This document shows positions 25,661 to 38,193 of a stretch of 64,000 nucleotides of DNA, piece after piece; the first letter of the stretch is position 1, and each line of letters begins with the position of its first letter. The notes under the pieces were generated by a model. The model saw nothing but the letters and a program-made list of their open reading frames with translations. It had not been told where the DNA came from and searched no databases. The stretch is from contig JAUCBJ010007526.1 of the NCBI GenBank assembly GCA_032718475.1, positions 44,980-108,979 of the forward strand, written 5' to 3'. The translations under genes and the position numbers were made by a program. The DNA comes from Nemertoderma westbladi. Lineage: Eukaryota > Animalia > Xenacoelomorpha.

Positions 25661-27845
25661 ACTACTACTACTACTAGGATCGGCATGCTGCATTGCAGCT
25701 GCATTTTTAAGAATGCTGTGCCAGCTTGTCAACAAAATTGCACCGCCACAACTCCCTATCACCCATGACATTTGCTAGATCATCCGCATCTTCAAGGCCA
25801 GTGTCCTTTAAGATGCGTCTCAAGAAAGTCATGGGCTGTCCACCATGCTTATTCACTCCATGAGGCTGCCAAAGTACAAGATTATGCACTGGCTGGTCCT
25901 CACGGCGAAAGCAATGTCCTGCAAGGCGGAGGCGATTTTGTTCTAGTGTCAAGCTTGGGGGAACCAATGAGACACCTCCAATGTTATATAGTGTCTGGTT
26001 GGAAATCTGTGCATTGTACTTGACACAATGAACCCGGCGTAGCATTCTTGTGAATGAGCCATCCAGAGATTTGGTGTCCTCAGCCGTTAGAGCCCAGCAT
26101 GGACTCCCATAGAGGAGTACTGGAGCTACTGCTACTCTAAATAATTTGACCTTAGGTTTCCGATTAATTCTTTGTGACTTCCAAATCCTGGAAAGCCTAT
26201 TCAAGGCTGCCCATGCCTTTCCCTTACGTACTCACCTGACTTCCGGATCCATGATCCCAGGTAACAGAAGTCATCCACATGCTCAAGTATACCATCCTTT
26301 GAGCTTATGCACATCCGGTCAGAGACTTGCTGAGGACTTTCTACGTTAACTGTCAAAATTTTGGTCTTTTTGGAGTTAATAAAAATACTAACACTAGAAG
26401 GAGCCTGTTCTAATGAGCTGAGGAGCTATTGGGCTCCCTCTAATGATTCTGAGAGTACTCCTAAGTTATCAGCAAAGTCTAGATCAGTTAGGTAATTCCA
26501 GGATTTCCTCGACTTCTGGAGCCAGTAGGTGGAGTTATCATCACCCCATCATCATTATGATGATCTAAGGATATGCGTAGAACATAGTCACAAGAATGGC
26601 GCAAGTGTGTCTCCTTGGAGGACACCCCATAATACTTCAAATGGTTCTGTGACACCATCAACAGTAGATACAAATGTTGTCAAACCATCGTATACTGATC
26701 TGATTGCTGCAATAATTACATCAGGAATCCCATATAATGAAAGTATAATGAATATACATGAGCGAGAGACTGAATCAAAGGCCTTGAAGAAGTCACCAAA
26801 GATAACAGCCAGATGCGTGTCTTTCTTTTTTTGATAACTCTTCAATTATCCTTCTATGTGCCAAAATAGGCTCCATGGTCCCACGAACTTTTCGGAACCC
26901 ATTCTGATTTCCACGGAGCAGTCTCTCATTGGGATCCCTGATGCGATTTAATATAATTCTATTGTATAGCTTTGCAGCAATCGAGATCAATGAGATTCCC
27001 CGAAAAGAACCATAGAGTGTTAGGTTGCCCTTCTTAGGAACTGGCACCAACTTATTTGTTTTCATTTCTTGTGGGACTCTTGTTGTTCTGTACATGTCTA
27101 CTATGATGGGATAGATGAGCTTTAAACACTCATGTATTTTAAAGACCTCAGGGGGAAAACCATCTACTCCACTGGCACGATTGGTCTTAATGCTCTTTAC
27201 AGCAGCCTTCACTTCTGCAAAGGAGATATCGCCAATGGGAATATCTGGGAGTACAGACTCAGACACTTACTTCTATAAAGTTATCAGGCAATACCCTGTC
27301 ATTATTGAGGAACTTTTCAAAGTGGGCCTTCCAACCATTGAGGCGATCGGCTGGTGATTCTGCCTTAACCTTGGTGGTTGGTTGGTTTTTCCGCCCAGTA
27401 AGCAAGTTGATCGATTTCCATACCTGGGATGATTGCCTGCTGTCGTCAGCATCATTGATGGCATCAACCTGGTGGGGTTTATTAGCTCCTGTAGATTAAA
27501 AAGTACTGCCTGTTCAGGGACCTACAGTAGATGCAGCCTTAACTGCATTCTTGGCCGCTCTAGTCTGTTTGAGTCGGGACTCTTTCTGCGCCTTATATAG
27601 GTCATTTCGGCACTTCTGAATTTTGTGGTCAGTCCAGGGGGCCTTTTTCCTGTTTCGATGGTATACAGGAACTGTTTCTGCAGCTGCTAACTTAACTGCC
27701 TCTGTGAAGGCAGTATAGCTCTCGCTATGATCTGCCGCCTCAGAGGCAAGAACGTCATACCTGTTGCTCAGCTGAAGTGTGAAGCTGGATCTCACACTTG
27801 GCTGTTGCAGCAGACCAATGGCATCCTTATCCCAGAACAAAGGGG
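25661..27845 (-). mobile_element. RTE-type LINE family B, 5'-truncated and frameshifted
   Basis: RT motifs PKKGNL, NQNGFRK, DFFKAFDSVSR, GVLQGDTLAP and RLAGHCFRR. The 3' UTR ATGCAGCTGCAATGCAGCATGCCGATCC and (TAG)n tail match the copies ending at 42385 and 48881. Confidence 0.93.
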
Positions 27846-28899
27846 GTAATAGTTACAGGACCATATTTGCCCTAGTAAGACCTATGCAGCCACAGGTGGT
27901 ACCTCCTTTATGCTGCATGGAGGTGGCAAGTTTTCTTGATCAATGTCCTAGAATACCTGACCTGACTAGGATTTTTGGCAATAGTCACTAACGGATTAAG
28001 TCACAAACTGAAAGTTAGTTCCTTGCGATCCAGATACCGATATTTAAAAAATCGACATTAAACGTTATAACATATTTAGAATTAACTTATTACAGTACAT
28101 TATTATTATTATGCAATTATTATTACCTATAGGTTTTTACACATTCAAAGCTCAAGTATAAATCAGAGAATTAAAATTAGTAATGATTGATACTATGTAA
28201 CAAGGGAACAGGTAGGCTAAGACAGTGTGGCTGTGCAGTAAGTCCACCTGCAGTACTGCCGGACTGTATTGCATGTTAAATAACGTGGAACATATTTTCA
28301 CTATGCTCTCGATTCTCTATTAACCTCGCTCTGCGCTCGGTAAATAAAATACCGAGTATAGTAGTCAAAATTATATTCTACATTATTTTACCATCCTATA
28401 AATAATTGTTACTTTTACCGCATTGTAAAGGCTAATGATACTAAATACTGTATGAAAATATTGTAGCTACAGTAGGCTAATCGAATCCCCACATACTGTA
28501 TGAGTTGGCAAAAGGGTTATCCAATATCCATCACGATCGATGTGAGTACTGCTTCCATGTAGGCCCCTACCACCGGAGCGCGGTTCGCGCAACCCAGTGA
28601 TCTGATCTTTCTCGGCATTCTGAGGAGCTGGCGAAGCTTTAATAATAATAAAGTTAAAAAAAACTCTTTTATTAATCTAAAACATATAAAATGAAATACA
28701 GAAGAATATACACGACAGGAACACACGGGCAACAATTAATAATTGCACTACAAAGAATACAATTCAATTCATTCATACAAGTCGTACAATTCAGTAACGA
28801 ATTTATAGGTTGGTAATAGCGCCGTACGGGTCGGCAGGCAGTAGGGCCCAGTAATATGTGGGTACAGGGGTATGGGTCAATACTCCATGCATGTCGTTA

Positions 28900-30631
28900 C
28901 CCAGTAAAAAATCCCCATGCGTAACGCATTCGTGCCACATGCAGCATTCGTAAAAGGTGCGTACAATGTTATTTAAGATTCGTGAAGCCTTCGTCAATGG
29001 TTTGTCATTCCGAATAATTTAACGAATGCGTATAGTATTCGTATCGCATGTGAGATTTCACTTGTAAATATATTCGTGGCTCATCATTCGTGGCACACGC
29101 GATACGAATGCTTAGCCACGCCACGCTTAAAATTATTCGTGGTCCATTCGTGACGCATGCTATACGCATGCAAAGCACTCTCAATTAGAGTACCGTACAT
29201 ACTGTAATACTGGCCAATCACCATTCGGCAAATAATCGAACATAGTGTTATTAGTTAGTAGCTATCCCCCTTTGTTACCAGTCAGCCAGTCCCATGTACT
29301 TTTACTATATATTTATTTAATGGGTTGCCCAGTAATTCTTAACTCCCGTTTATTATTTTGGTTCCCCATTATTTTGGTATGTAAACCTGTTCCCTTTACC
29401 AACATGCTTGATATACTGTAATAGTAAAGGTTATGTACTGTAGGCTAGGTGAGATAAATAATGACAACATAAAACTACTGTATTAACTTAAGGAACTACA
29501 GTATGTAGGCATACTTATAGTATGTAGGCACTAGGCACCCCCCCCCCCCACCCGTAGTTTTAGCCCCTGTACAGTAGTACTCATTTCCCAAAGTTATTAC
29601 AGTAGTTTTATGTTGTCATTATTTATCTCACCTGGCCTACAGTACAGTACCAATACATATTATAAAGCATGTGGCATTTTTATTATATTGTACGTGTGTA
29701 TGGTGATGATATTCTCACACAGTTTCTTAGGCCTCCAGGTCGAATTTGTTTAATTCGCTATAAAACGCCATTAAAAAGTCTACTGATATACCGGTATTGT
29801 AGCAGTTAATTACCGGTAACTGCTACAGTAGGCCCTACACTTATTAATGGTAAAAAAATCTTACAGACAAAATACATCAAAGGCATACATTTTATGAGAT
29901 GCATCAACATAATTTCAATGTTTTTTTTTACTATATTCTAGAATATTAATATTATTTTTTTCGATAATAAGTAATAAAATATATATATATAATAATAAAA
30001 TAATATAATATCAAAATAAAATATCATAAAAAATAATAAACCATCAATAATAATTAATAAGATTAATTAAAAGCTTGAAATTAATATTCTAGATACCGGT
30101 AATAAAATCATCAGAACTATAACGATTTACGTCTGAAATTGCGTGCTCTTGAATTATATCTGAACATTTTTTGGGGAAATTGAAAATGGCTTTCATATTC
30201 GATTCGGAATATCAAGTATATTTAAAAAAATAAAATAAAATGGACACGTTTTAACAGTTGTAGACTGTTAAAACGATGTAAACTGTAGCGAAATAATAAA
30301 AAAAAATAACAATCCAGCGGTAAACATTCGTATAACATTCGTAAAACATTCGTAACGCATTCGTATAGCGTGGGAAACATTCGTATATAACATGCGGGAC
30401 GCATTCGTATAGTGTGCGGGAAACATTCGTATAAGATTAGGGGCGCATTCGTAGAATGTGCGGGATTCGAATAAGGTTCGTATTACATTCGATATGCGAA
30501 TAAAGGATGCGTATTTGGTTCGGTTTTCGCATTCGTATCGCATGGTTCATCTATGTAACATTTCAGAATGCGTTACGAGTGCGTGAAATATGCGCCATCC
30601 CATGCGTTACGAATGCGGATTTTTTACTGGG
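28900..30631. mobile_element. Non-autonomous TIR DNA transposon (EnSpm/CACTA-like by inference), TA-flanked
   Basis: TIR CCCAGTAAAAAATCC at 28900 and GGATTTTTTACTGGG ending at 30631, with TA on both sides. Many subterminal CATTCGT repeats at both ends. Confidence 0.8.
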
Positions 30632-32901
30632 TATGGCCCTGTATTGCATCGGTAGCTCTTGCCCAGATGACTTCATACATCTGTATATTGATCTTATTTA
30701 ATTTACCTACTGTATCTATAAAGGCTCTAGTTTGATTCATTCATTGGTTACCTACGCAAACATTTACCCACGCGAAACTGCATTCCATCGGCTGCGCGTA
30801 GGCTACGCGTTCGCGGAAAAGTCAAACCCGCACTTTTTTTAGTAATTTGTAAACAACGGACCGGACACTATACAAATTACATGAATACAGTACCATGGCA
30901 TGGATGGCCTACGATGTACAGTAGGTCTGTAGGTTATGCTTTTCAGCATTTACTGATTTTGGATTTAGTGTTTAGGTTTAGGCTGTTACAGTGTTAGGGT
31001 ACAACAGGGTACGGTACAGCGGTATTCAATGCTCAATGGCCATGCAGCCATGGCATGGCCTATAACTGTATAACCTGATATAACAGTACAGCAGTATAAC
31101 TGTATAATGGCTCACTCAATCACTGCAGCACTGGCTGCTGTGCTGTACTGCCACAGTACTGCAGTTTAATAATGTGTGTAGGTAGGCCTACCCCTACAGC
31201 CCTACAGGTACAGAGGTATATTTATACAGTTATATGCTGATATGTATATAGGCCTAAATACTGACTGAAATCTGGAAATAGAGACTGCAAACGGGTTTAA
31301 ATATTTGTATCTGTTTTGGATCCCACAATACAGCAATATCAGAAAATACTGATATAACCTGTACCTATCAGCCTATATGGAATATTGACAAAAACTGAAA
31401 AAGCGCGCCACACGGATTCTGGTTAAACGAAAAGCGCGCCAGCCATGACATTCAATGCGCGCCAACCATTGAAAGATTGACCATTAAATTTTGCAATTAT
31501 TGTACTCATTTATCAGTTTATACTGCAGTACAGTACCTACGCTACAGACATAGAGCTAGACCCACTTGTACAGTATTTTAACATGAAAATGCGAGCGCAG
31601 CGCGCAAGAAAATTGTGCAGAAATGTAAACATGAATAGGCGTAGGCCTACAGCAGTACAGTAATACTGTAATATTTAGATAGTGTCAACCGACTGTTTTT
31701 AAATAGGGGCCTCCGGCCTACAGATGTGCAGATGTGATTAAATTGCAAGCGTAGCGAGCAAGAAAATTTTAACATTTTTGGGTCAACCGACTATTTTTTA
31801 CCTACAGATGTCAGGATGTGATTATAACAGTATGAATTACATCGTAGTGTAGCGACTCGCTCGCCTACTATTTTCCGTGCTCGCTACTAGCGAGCACGGA
31901 AAATCTGCTGAATCGTGGTTTTAGGCTACAGTCTGTCTATTAAGCTGTTAAGGCTCTATACAGCTATAGGTCTACCTCTACAGTAGTACAGTTAGTGGTT
32001 AGTACAAAAATTAATTATTAATTAGGCCTAGGCGCCTAATTAATTAATTGCTGACAATGACAAACAGTGTTTACAGGTTTATGTTGTTCAAGAAAATATC
32101 GGGCAAAGTTGTCCTAAAAGGCAAAGCAGCAAAGTATCCCTATTTTAAAGCACATTTAACTAAAAAAACATTTAAAAAATCCTACTTTGCCAGCCCTGTG
32201 GTAGACCTACACCCCCAGCGGGGTAAATTGTTTTAGAAGTGGTTCATCTACCAGTAGTAAAAAAAAATTAGTAATTAGTTTTATTAAATAGTTTTTATAT
32301 GCTACTAGCAGGCAATACCCGAGACATGTTACCCGGTATTTCCCGCTACCGGCATAGGCCTACTGGCGTACTGGTACCGGTATAGGCCTACTGACGTACC
32401 GGTACCCAGTACCGGTACCGAACGTGAATTAAACTTTTCGAAAAGTGGCCTATAACGACCGCTGGTTAATGTTATACACACATGCCAAGTTCCAGCGCAA
32501 TACCTCTGCCCGTTTTTGAGGAGTTCGAACACAGAGAGAGACAGAATTTGATTTTTATAGGTATAGATAGATGACCAGCTAGGTGTTCGTGTTGCTTGTG
32601 GAAGCCGCCTTGCCACTACGATGGCTTGCCCTAACAGCAATTAACGTGGCCGCCATAGTTGTAGTTGTAAGTGTAACATAACCTTTAGTAAAGTTCAACC
32701 TATTCGATAATGTAATCGTCAGATCGTAATCTATAATAGGTGATACACCTGTGTTACTGCCTACTGATTAGTCAGTTAGTTTTAAAATATATGTCGATTT
32801 TATTTTACTTATTTACTTTAAACTCTTTTAATTATTTCATTTAAAGTTGTAACGTACTGACGTAACCTTTAGTAAAGTTCAACCTATTTGTTAATTGCTC
32901 G

Positions 32902-35334
32902 ATGGATATTGCGAGCGATTCCAATTTTGAGACTCAAAACCGAACATTTCACTGTAATTCACCACAATTGGAACCTTCTACCTTTAAATGTGATGTTGGA
33001 ACATGCACCAAACTATTTTCCTCACGGCAAAGCCTAAGTAAACATCGAATTGGAATACATAGCGAACGAAGGCGAGACGGACCTGTCAACCAAGCTTCTC
33101 GCAGTTTTGTCTGCATTCACTGCAACAAATCGTACACCAGACAGTGGACATTGCGGCAACACCAACTTCAAAACCATAGTGACTGTGAGGGTGACTACAC
33201 GGTATCACTTCCGAGGTCAAAGTTAACTTGTCAGTGTTGTTGTGGTGCAATCTGTGATAATGTTGAGAAACTCATGGAGCATGTTTCATCTGTACATAAT
33301 CAGCCGTGCCACATCGAGTATCTTGAGTTTCCCAATAGAGAAAACTTTCTCGAGTGGAAATTAGAAACTGAAACCAGAACTCGCTCCATGTACACAAAAC
33401 AACGTGGTACTGTTACGAGGAAGGGTTTTACTGTAGATAAATATCACTGTCACCGTTCTGGTGAATTTATTTCCAAATCCACGAAGAAGCGTTGCCAACG
33501 CAACAGGCAAACTAATAAAATCAATTTTATTTGTCCGGCATCGATCACTGCTACAATCAGTGTTTCAACTAACGCTGTCTCGGTGAAATATTGTGGCAAT
33601 CACTACGGCCACGATAATCTATTATGTCGTCTCCCAATACCGAGTGGTGACCTCCAAGATATTCTAAGCGAAGAAGATAATGATGCATCGTTATTACCAA
33701 CTAAAATGGATAGCAGTGGATCTCTGGGCGGAGAAAAGGAACTTCAAGATGCTGAGATGAACACTACTGGTAATAGTAATGTTGTAGGTACCAACATTAG
33801 CCCCTTAGTGGCTAAAAGGTATGATTACTTCTGCAAAACTGGATCACTTATATATGGTAAATATCGGAGATATACTGATAAGCAACTTAAAGATGCTGTT
33901 GAGTCTGTTCTCAGCGGCCACTTAACGGAGCAGAAAGCTTCCATCGCCTTCGGAGTGCCATCTTCTACTATCGGTATTAGATGCGTGAAGATTAGGCGTG
34001 GTCCCAATGCGAATGCCAAGACTCTACGCAAATACTCGTCCGACGAACTTCACGATGCGATTAATCTTCATTTGAATAAGGGAACTTCCGTGCGCACAAT
34101 TGCCGCGAGATATAAGATACCGGTGACGACTTTACGCAATGGGATTAGTCGTATCAAGAAATCAGGAATATTTTCCCTTAGCTCTTCTTCTAAGGGGAAT
34201 AAAACTAAAAAAATTGATACATCTTTAGTCTCAGGGAGCGGAAAGTCAGCGGATAGTGGCATTAGGGATACTCAAGCATTATTGGATATGTGGGAGACGG
34301 AGGATCCAGCAATGTCCCCAGTTGATGCGGGAAACGATGTCCTACGCACAGGTGTTGACGCTGCCGTTGATGAGATTTTGGATGGAGCCGAGATTTTAGA
34401 GGCATCCAATCGATTTGGAATCCCGCTCGAAACTCTCTGTCAAAGATTCGATGAACGTAAACGCGAGTTGGATGCAGCCAGTCGTAAACCAAACCTTACT
34501 AACCATCATGACACTACGGATGTTGCAAAAGGTGATGAATCTTCAACGGAAAACGTTCCTATCAACTATGATAGTCCACAAAGTAGATCTACATTAAAAC
34601 GAACACATTGTGCAGCGAAGAATGCCGCGAATAAATCCTTTAAACACTCGCGTATTCATACAGGTACGGCTGTGGCAATAGATGAATCCAATGAGTTATA
34701 TAGTTTGTCGGGTAAAGGACGTAGGGGCCGCAGAAATGGTCTCACTATATTCGATGAGCAGGAGGCACTTACTGCTGCTGGTGCTATCGTTTCTAGGAAT
34801 AATCCCAGTTACAGTGATGAAGAAGCTGAACCCCCTCTGTTTAAAAGAGATATCGTCGATGATGACTTTGATACAACGAATCAAGTTGTTGAAACAGGAG
34901 AAGAAACTGATGGAATATATGATTCTATCCTGAGCGACTGTCTGGAGACTTACAGTCAGGAGGTGGAAGTTTCTACAACAAACGCAGTGAATGAAGATGA
35001 ATTTAATGTTGATGTTCTAAGACAACAACTAATTAATGCCGCGGTTAACGTGGCTTCACTTTGTCAAGGGGATGAAATATTCATTGGGAGTAACAACATC
35101 GACACCGCGAGGGTCTTTCTTCGTTCTATGAAGGAGTTTGTGGCTCGGTCTACGGCTATTGTTACCGGTCACACACCTGTGCGATCGAAATCTGGGAGAT
35201 CGGTGGCTGGAGGTGGAGAGCCGAGTACCGATAAACGTAGCAAATCGGGTCAGCGACTAACTATAAACGGTAGAAAAGTTATCGTGCGTTACATAAAGCC
35301 TGCTCCTTCGCTATGTATCTTACCTGGGACTTAG
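32902..35334 (+). CDS. Intronless DNA-binding protein: 3 C2H2 zinc fingers, a MULE/WRKY-GCM-like Zn DNA-binding module and 2-3 pipsqueak-type HTH domains
   Basis: Intact 810-aa ORF. Zinc fingers CDVGTC...HRIGIH, CIHC...HQLQNH and a third CxxC...HVSSVH. F.EWK..E...YHCHRSG...KINFICPASI...YCGNHYGH..LCRLPI is typical of MULE transposase N-termini. HTH_psq-like YTDKQLKDAVESV...ASIAFGVPSSTI and YSSDELHDAINL...IAARYKIPVTTLR. Confidence 0.85.
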   Translation: MDIASDSNFETQNRTFHCNSPQLEPSTFKCDVGTCTKLFSSRQSLSKHRIGIHSERRRDGPVNQASRSFVCIHCNKSYTRQWTLRQHQLQNHSDCEGDYTVSLPRSKLTCQCCCGAICDNVEKLMEHVSSVHNQPCHIEYLEFPNRENFLEWKLETETRTRSMYTKQRGTVTRKGFTVDKYHCHRSGEFISKSTKKRCQRNRQTNKINFICPASITATISVSTNAVSVKYCGNHYGHDNLLCRLPIPSGDLQDILSEEDNDASLLPTKMDSSGSLGGEKELQDAEMNTTGNSNVVGTNISPLVAKRYDYFCKTGSLIYGKYRRYTDKQLKDAVESVLSGHLTEQKASIAFGVPSSTIGIRCVKIRRGPNANAKTLRKYSSDELHDAINLHLNKGTSVRTIAARYKIPVTTLRNGISRIKKSGIFSLSSSSKGNKTKKIDTSLVSGSGKSADSGIRDTQALLDMWETEDPAMSPVDAGNDVLRTGVDAAVDEILDGAEILEASNRFGIPLETLCQRFDERKRELDAASRKPNLTNHHDTTDVAKGDESSTENVPINYDSPQSRSTLKRTHCAAKNAANKSFKHSRIHTGTAVAIDESNELYSLSGKGRRGRRNGLTIFDEQEALTAAGAIVSRNNPSYSDEEAEPPLFKRDIVDDDFDTTNQVVETGEETDGIYDSILSDCLETYSQEVEVSTTNAVNEDEFNVDVLRQQLINAAVNVASLCQGDEIFIGSNNIDTARVFLRSMKEFVARSTAIVTGHTPVRSKSGRSVAGGGEPSTDKRSKSGQRLTINGRKVIVRYIKPAPSLCILPGT

Positions 35335-37809
35335 ATGACGCAATATTAAAACAGTTTGAATCAACAAGAAACTGTAATTAATAATAATTAATAATGTCGA
35401 TTTTAGATTTGTTTTATATAGATTTGTTCTGTAAATGCTAATAATGGTTTGTTTTTAAATATATTATCATGTAACTAGTGTCTGTGCAGTATATATATAT
35501 TGCATTATTTTACATTACGTATTTCTTATTTAATGAATTGTTCTTATTTGGTGTGTAAATTGTTTTATTTAAATCTTTAAATGTAAATTATTTCATTGTT
35601 TCGTAGAAACGACTTGAAGAATAACTGTATACATAACGCGTTTTCTTCCGAGTGTATTTATGTACCGAGGGAGCGAAGCGAGGGAGGATTTTCATTAATA
35701 TACGAGAGTCATAATTGTTGAATAGGCCGTAAATAATCTTACACTAATTTATCATCAATGTAGAATACTCAAGACGTGTTCTAGAAGTTTATTGCTACTA
35801 AGTTAGCGATTATTTTGATGAGAATATCACGAAGATACTCAGAACGCTGAATGGTTATTAATAATTTAATATAACAAAATAAACGAATACATTACCATTC
35901 ACTTCACGCATGTTACTGCCATTTGTTTATAGTTTTCATTTCATACAGTGCTGAACACTGAACGCTGTTTAAAATGTTTAGATATGTTTTATATATGCAA
36001 AATATTATTAAAAAATTTAGTAATTTCAGTTTTAATAAATTGCTAAAATAATATCATTTTTTTTGCTTTTCCAAATAATTACAGTTTTGGATTTTGATGT
36101 CAGTTTAGATACAGAGTTCAGCACTAGTTTTAGTATAATAGTATTAACATCGTTTTGCTAAACGCCTTTTTAATAATGAAACAATTAATTGAAATGAACA
36201 AAAAAAATTAAAGAATAAAAATAAGTATTGCTTGATAAAAACAGAATGTAACCAAACCATTCACTATGTGGTCGTTAATCTGTATTAATCTCCCTAGGCA
36301 GGTAATAAAATATTTGGAACATTCCCGAGTTATTTTTGTTTTACCTTCTGTAGCCCAAAAGAATACTATTATATCCGGGGGACGTTCGTATTCGTTAATG
36401 ATATTATAGCAAATATATTGTAATTAAAGCTCGAAATTTCGGGTAATGCTATTGAATCAGATATTGTGGTACTATTATTAAAGGCAGTATATCAGTAACA
36501 AGTTAAATTAACCACGATGGGCTGGGTCCGAACTCGCGTCCAGTTCGCGATAATACGCGGGGCCTCCCATTGTCTACGGGGCTCGCGGGTGAAGTGGAGA
36601 AGTGGGCAGGGGTTTGAGGACGGTGCTGGGCTGCCAAGCAAACCTACAGTATAGAGACAGTTCTCTAATTAGCTTAATTTATTCGATGAGTAAAAATTAA
36701 TCATTATTCAATTATTTACTGTTTTGGTGACAGTGTGCGTTTGTCATTTGATAATTTCCACCCTGCATTATTAATATCTACCAACAAAAAAAAAAGTTCA
36801 ATTAAGGTTAGATTTGAGCCACTTGATACTTGACTACTGACTACTGTACTATTTGACATTGATACATCTAGCCGCAATAGCAGACTCACTCAAACGGACT
36901 TGTACACTTTAGGAGCCGCTCCTAAAGAGATTTTTATAAAATGTACTTTTTATTTGGAATGTGTCTTATGATGTCTGACAGCCCGTACAAAATGTGACCA
37001 CAGCAGAAGCCAGTCTAGCGCGGCGTATGACCCACCGTGTGTGGGAGACTGAATTCCATGGCAGAGAGTGGGGTAGGCTACTTTGTAATATTCGATTGAT
37101 CTCTACTATATAATCTCCAAAAACTATGCTTATCTTAAGTTAAATACTGACAGTTCCTTTCAGGTGCTGCGCTATAAATACTACGCAGCGCAGAGATACT
37201 TATACTAATTACAACGGGTGGACATGAGACTGCAGTGAGTACTGTTTACACTCTTTAGGAATGTATAATTATTCGCCCGCACTCACGTTACTGACAATAG
37301 TACTGAAACACGTTAATTTGCCAACTGTTACCAATTTTACTCATATATAAGGAGAAATTTAGCTTACTTACATTGGGGGTTATGAAATAGCATAAATATC
37401 ATACAGACCACTGTCACTCAGTACACACGGACTTGATTCCACCAAACATCAAAACTAAACTCGGAAATGAAGTCAACACTACCCGCAAAAAATATTACCT
37501 AGGTCGTGTGATTTCATATATTTTCATGGACAGCGACTGACAGTCACCTACAGTATAACTCGAGAAGTGAAAGAGAGATCGCTTTAAAGCCGTGTTCAGA
37601 TTTGAAATCTTCATTAAATTACCCTAAAAGTTAAAATAAAAAAAACAAAAATTCGAAATTTTAACTCAGGGGGGTTGTACCCCACTTCATTCATCCATTC
37701 ATCTTACGTAAAGACTTATAACTATAAATATCTATGAGGACTGCGGGCGGATTTCGCCTTATTCGTTCGTGTTTCGACCTTACTGGATCTAATCAGCGTG
37801 GTGTCGGTG

Positions 37810-37868
37810 TCGGATTCGAACCTGGGACTTTCGCAGTGACACCGAAACCACCACATCTAGGCCACATG
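37810..37868 (-). mobile_element. tRNA-derived SINE head / tRNA pseudogene
   Basis: The - strand has an A-box-like TGGCCTAGATG and a B-box GGTTCGAATCC, but no complete cloverleaf. A similar remnant lies at about 15185-15260. Confidence 0.45.
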
Positions 37869-38029
37869 TTCTTTAGTATAGATTTCAAAGCCAACTGCTG
37901 TTTAATAGCCCCTGTCGGTGTTGGCATGGCAAGCAGTGTTTTCGATGTGTTTGTTATTATACATTCATACTTTTCTAGGAGTCTACTCAATGAAGATTGT
38001 TGTTAATCTAACTTCTTTAATTGTTACAG

Positions 38030-38193
38030 CTGGAATTGGGTTCTATTACCAAGAAAGCCAGTGAACTATTTGAAGACTTCCTCACCCCTATTGTTATTAC
38101 CGTTATCTTCTTCGCGTTGAAGTATATGTTCCGATTCCTAATTCCTCTGGAGCAGTACCCCCCTCAATTAGCTGTGACTATATTAATTGCCAG
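38030..38193 (+). CDS. TMC7: TMC7-like transmembrane channel protein, internal exon E
   Basis: TTGTTACAG acceptor and AG|GTTAAG donor. Encodes LELGSITKKASELFEDFLTPIVITVIFFALKYMFRFLIPLEQYPPQLAVTILIA(R), matching the TMC L..IVIT...F..I..E.Y.P......R segment. Confidence 0.88.

Noticed and set aside
36515-36585. tRNA-like sequence on the - strand with GAGTTCGGACC B-box-like motif
   Set aside because: No consistent acceptor stem or anticodon arm could be folded; at most a SINE remnant.
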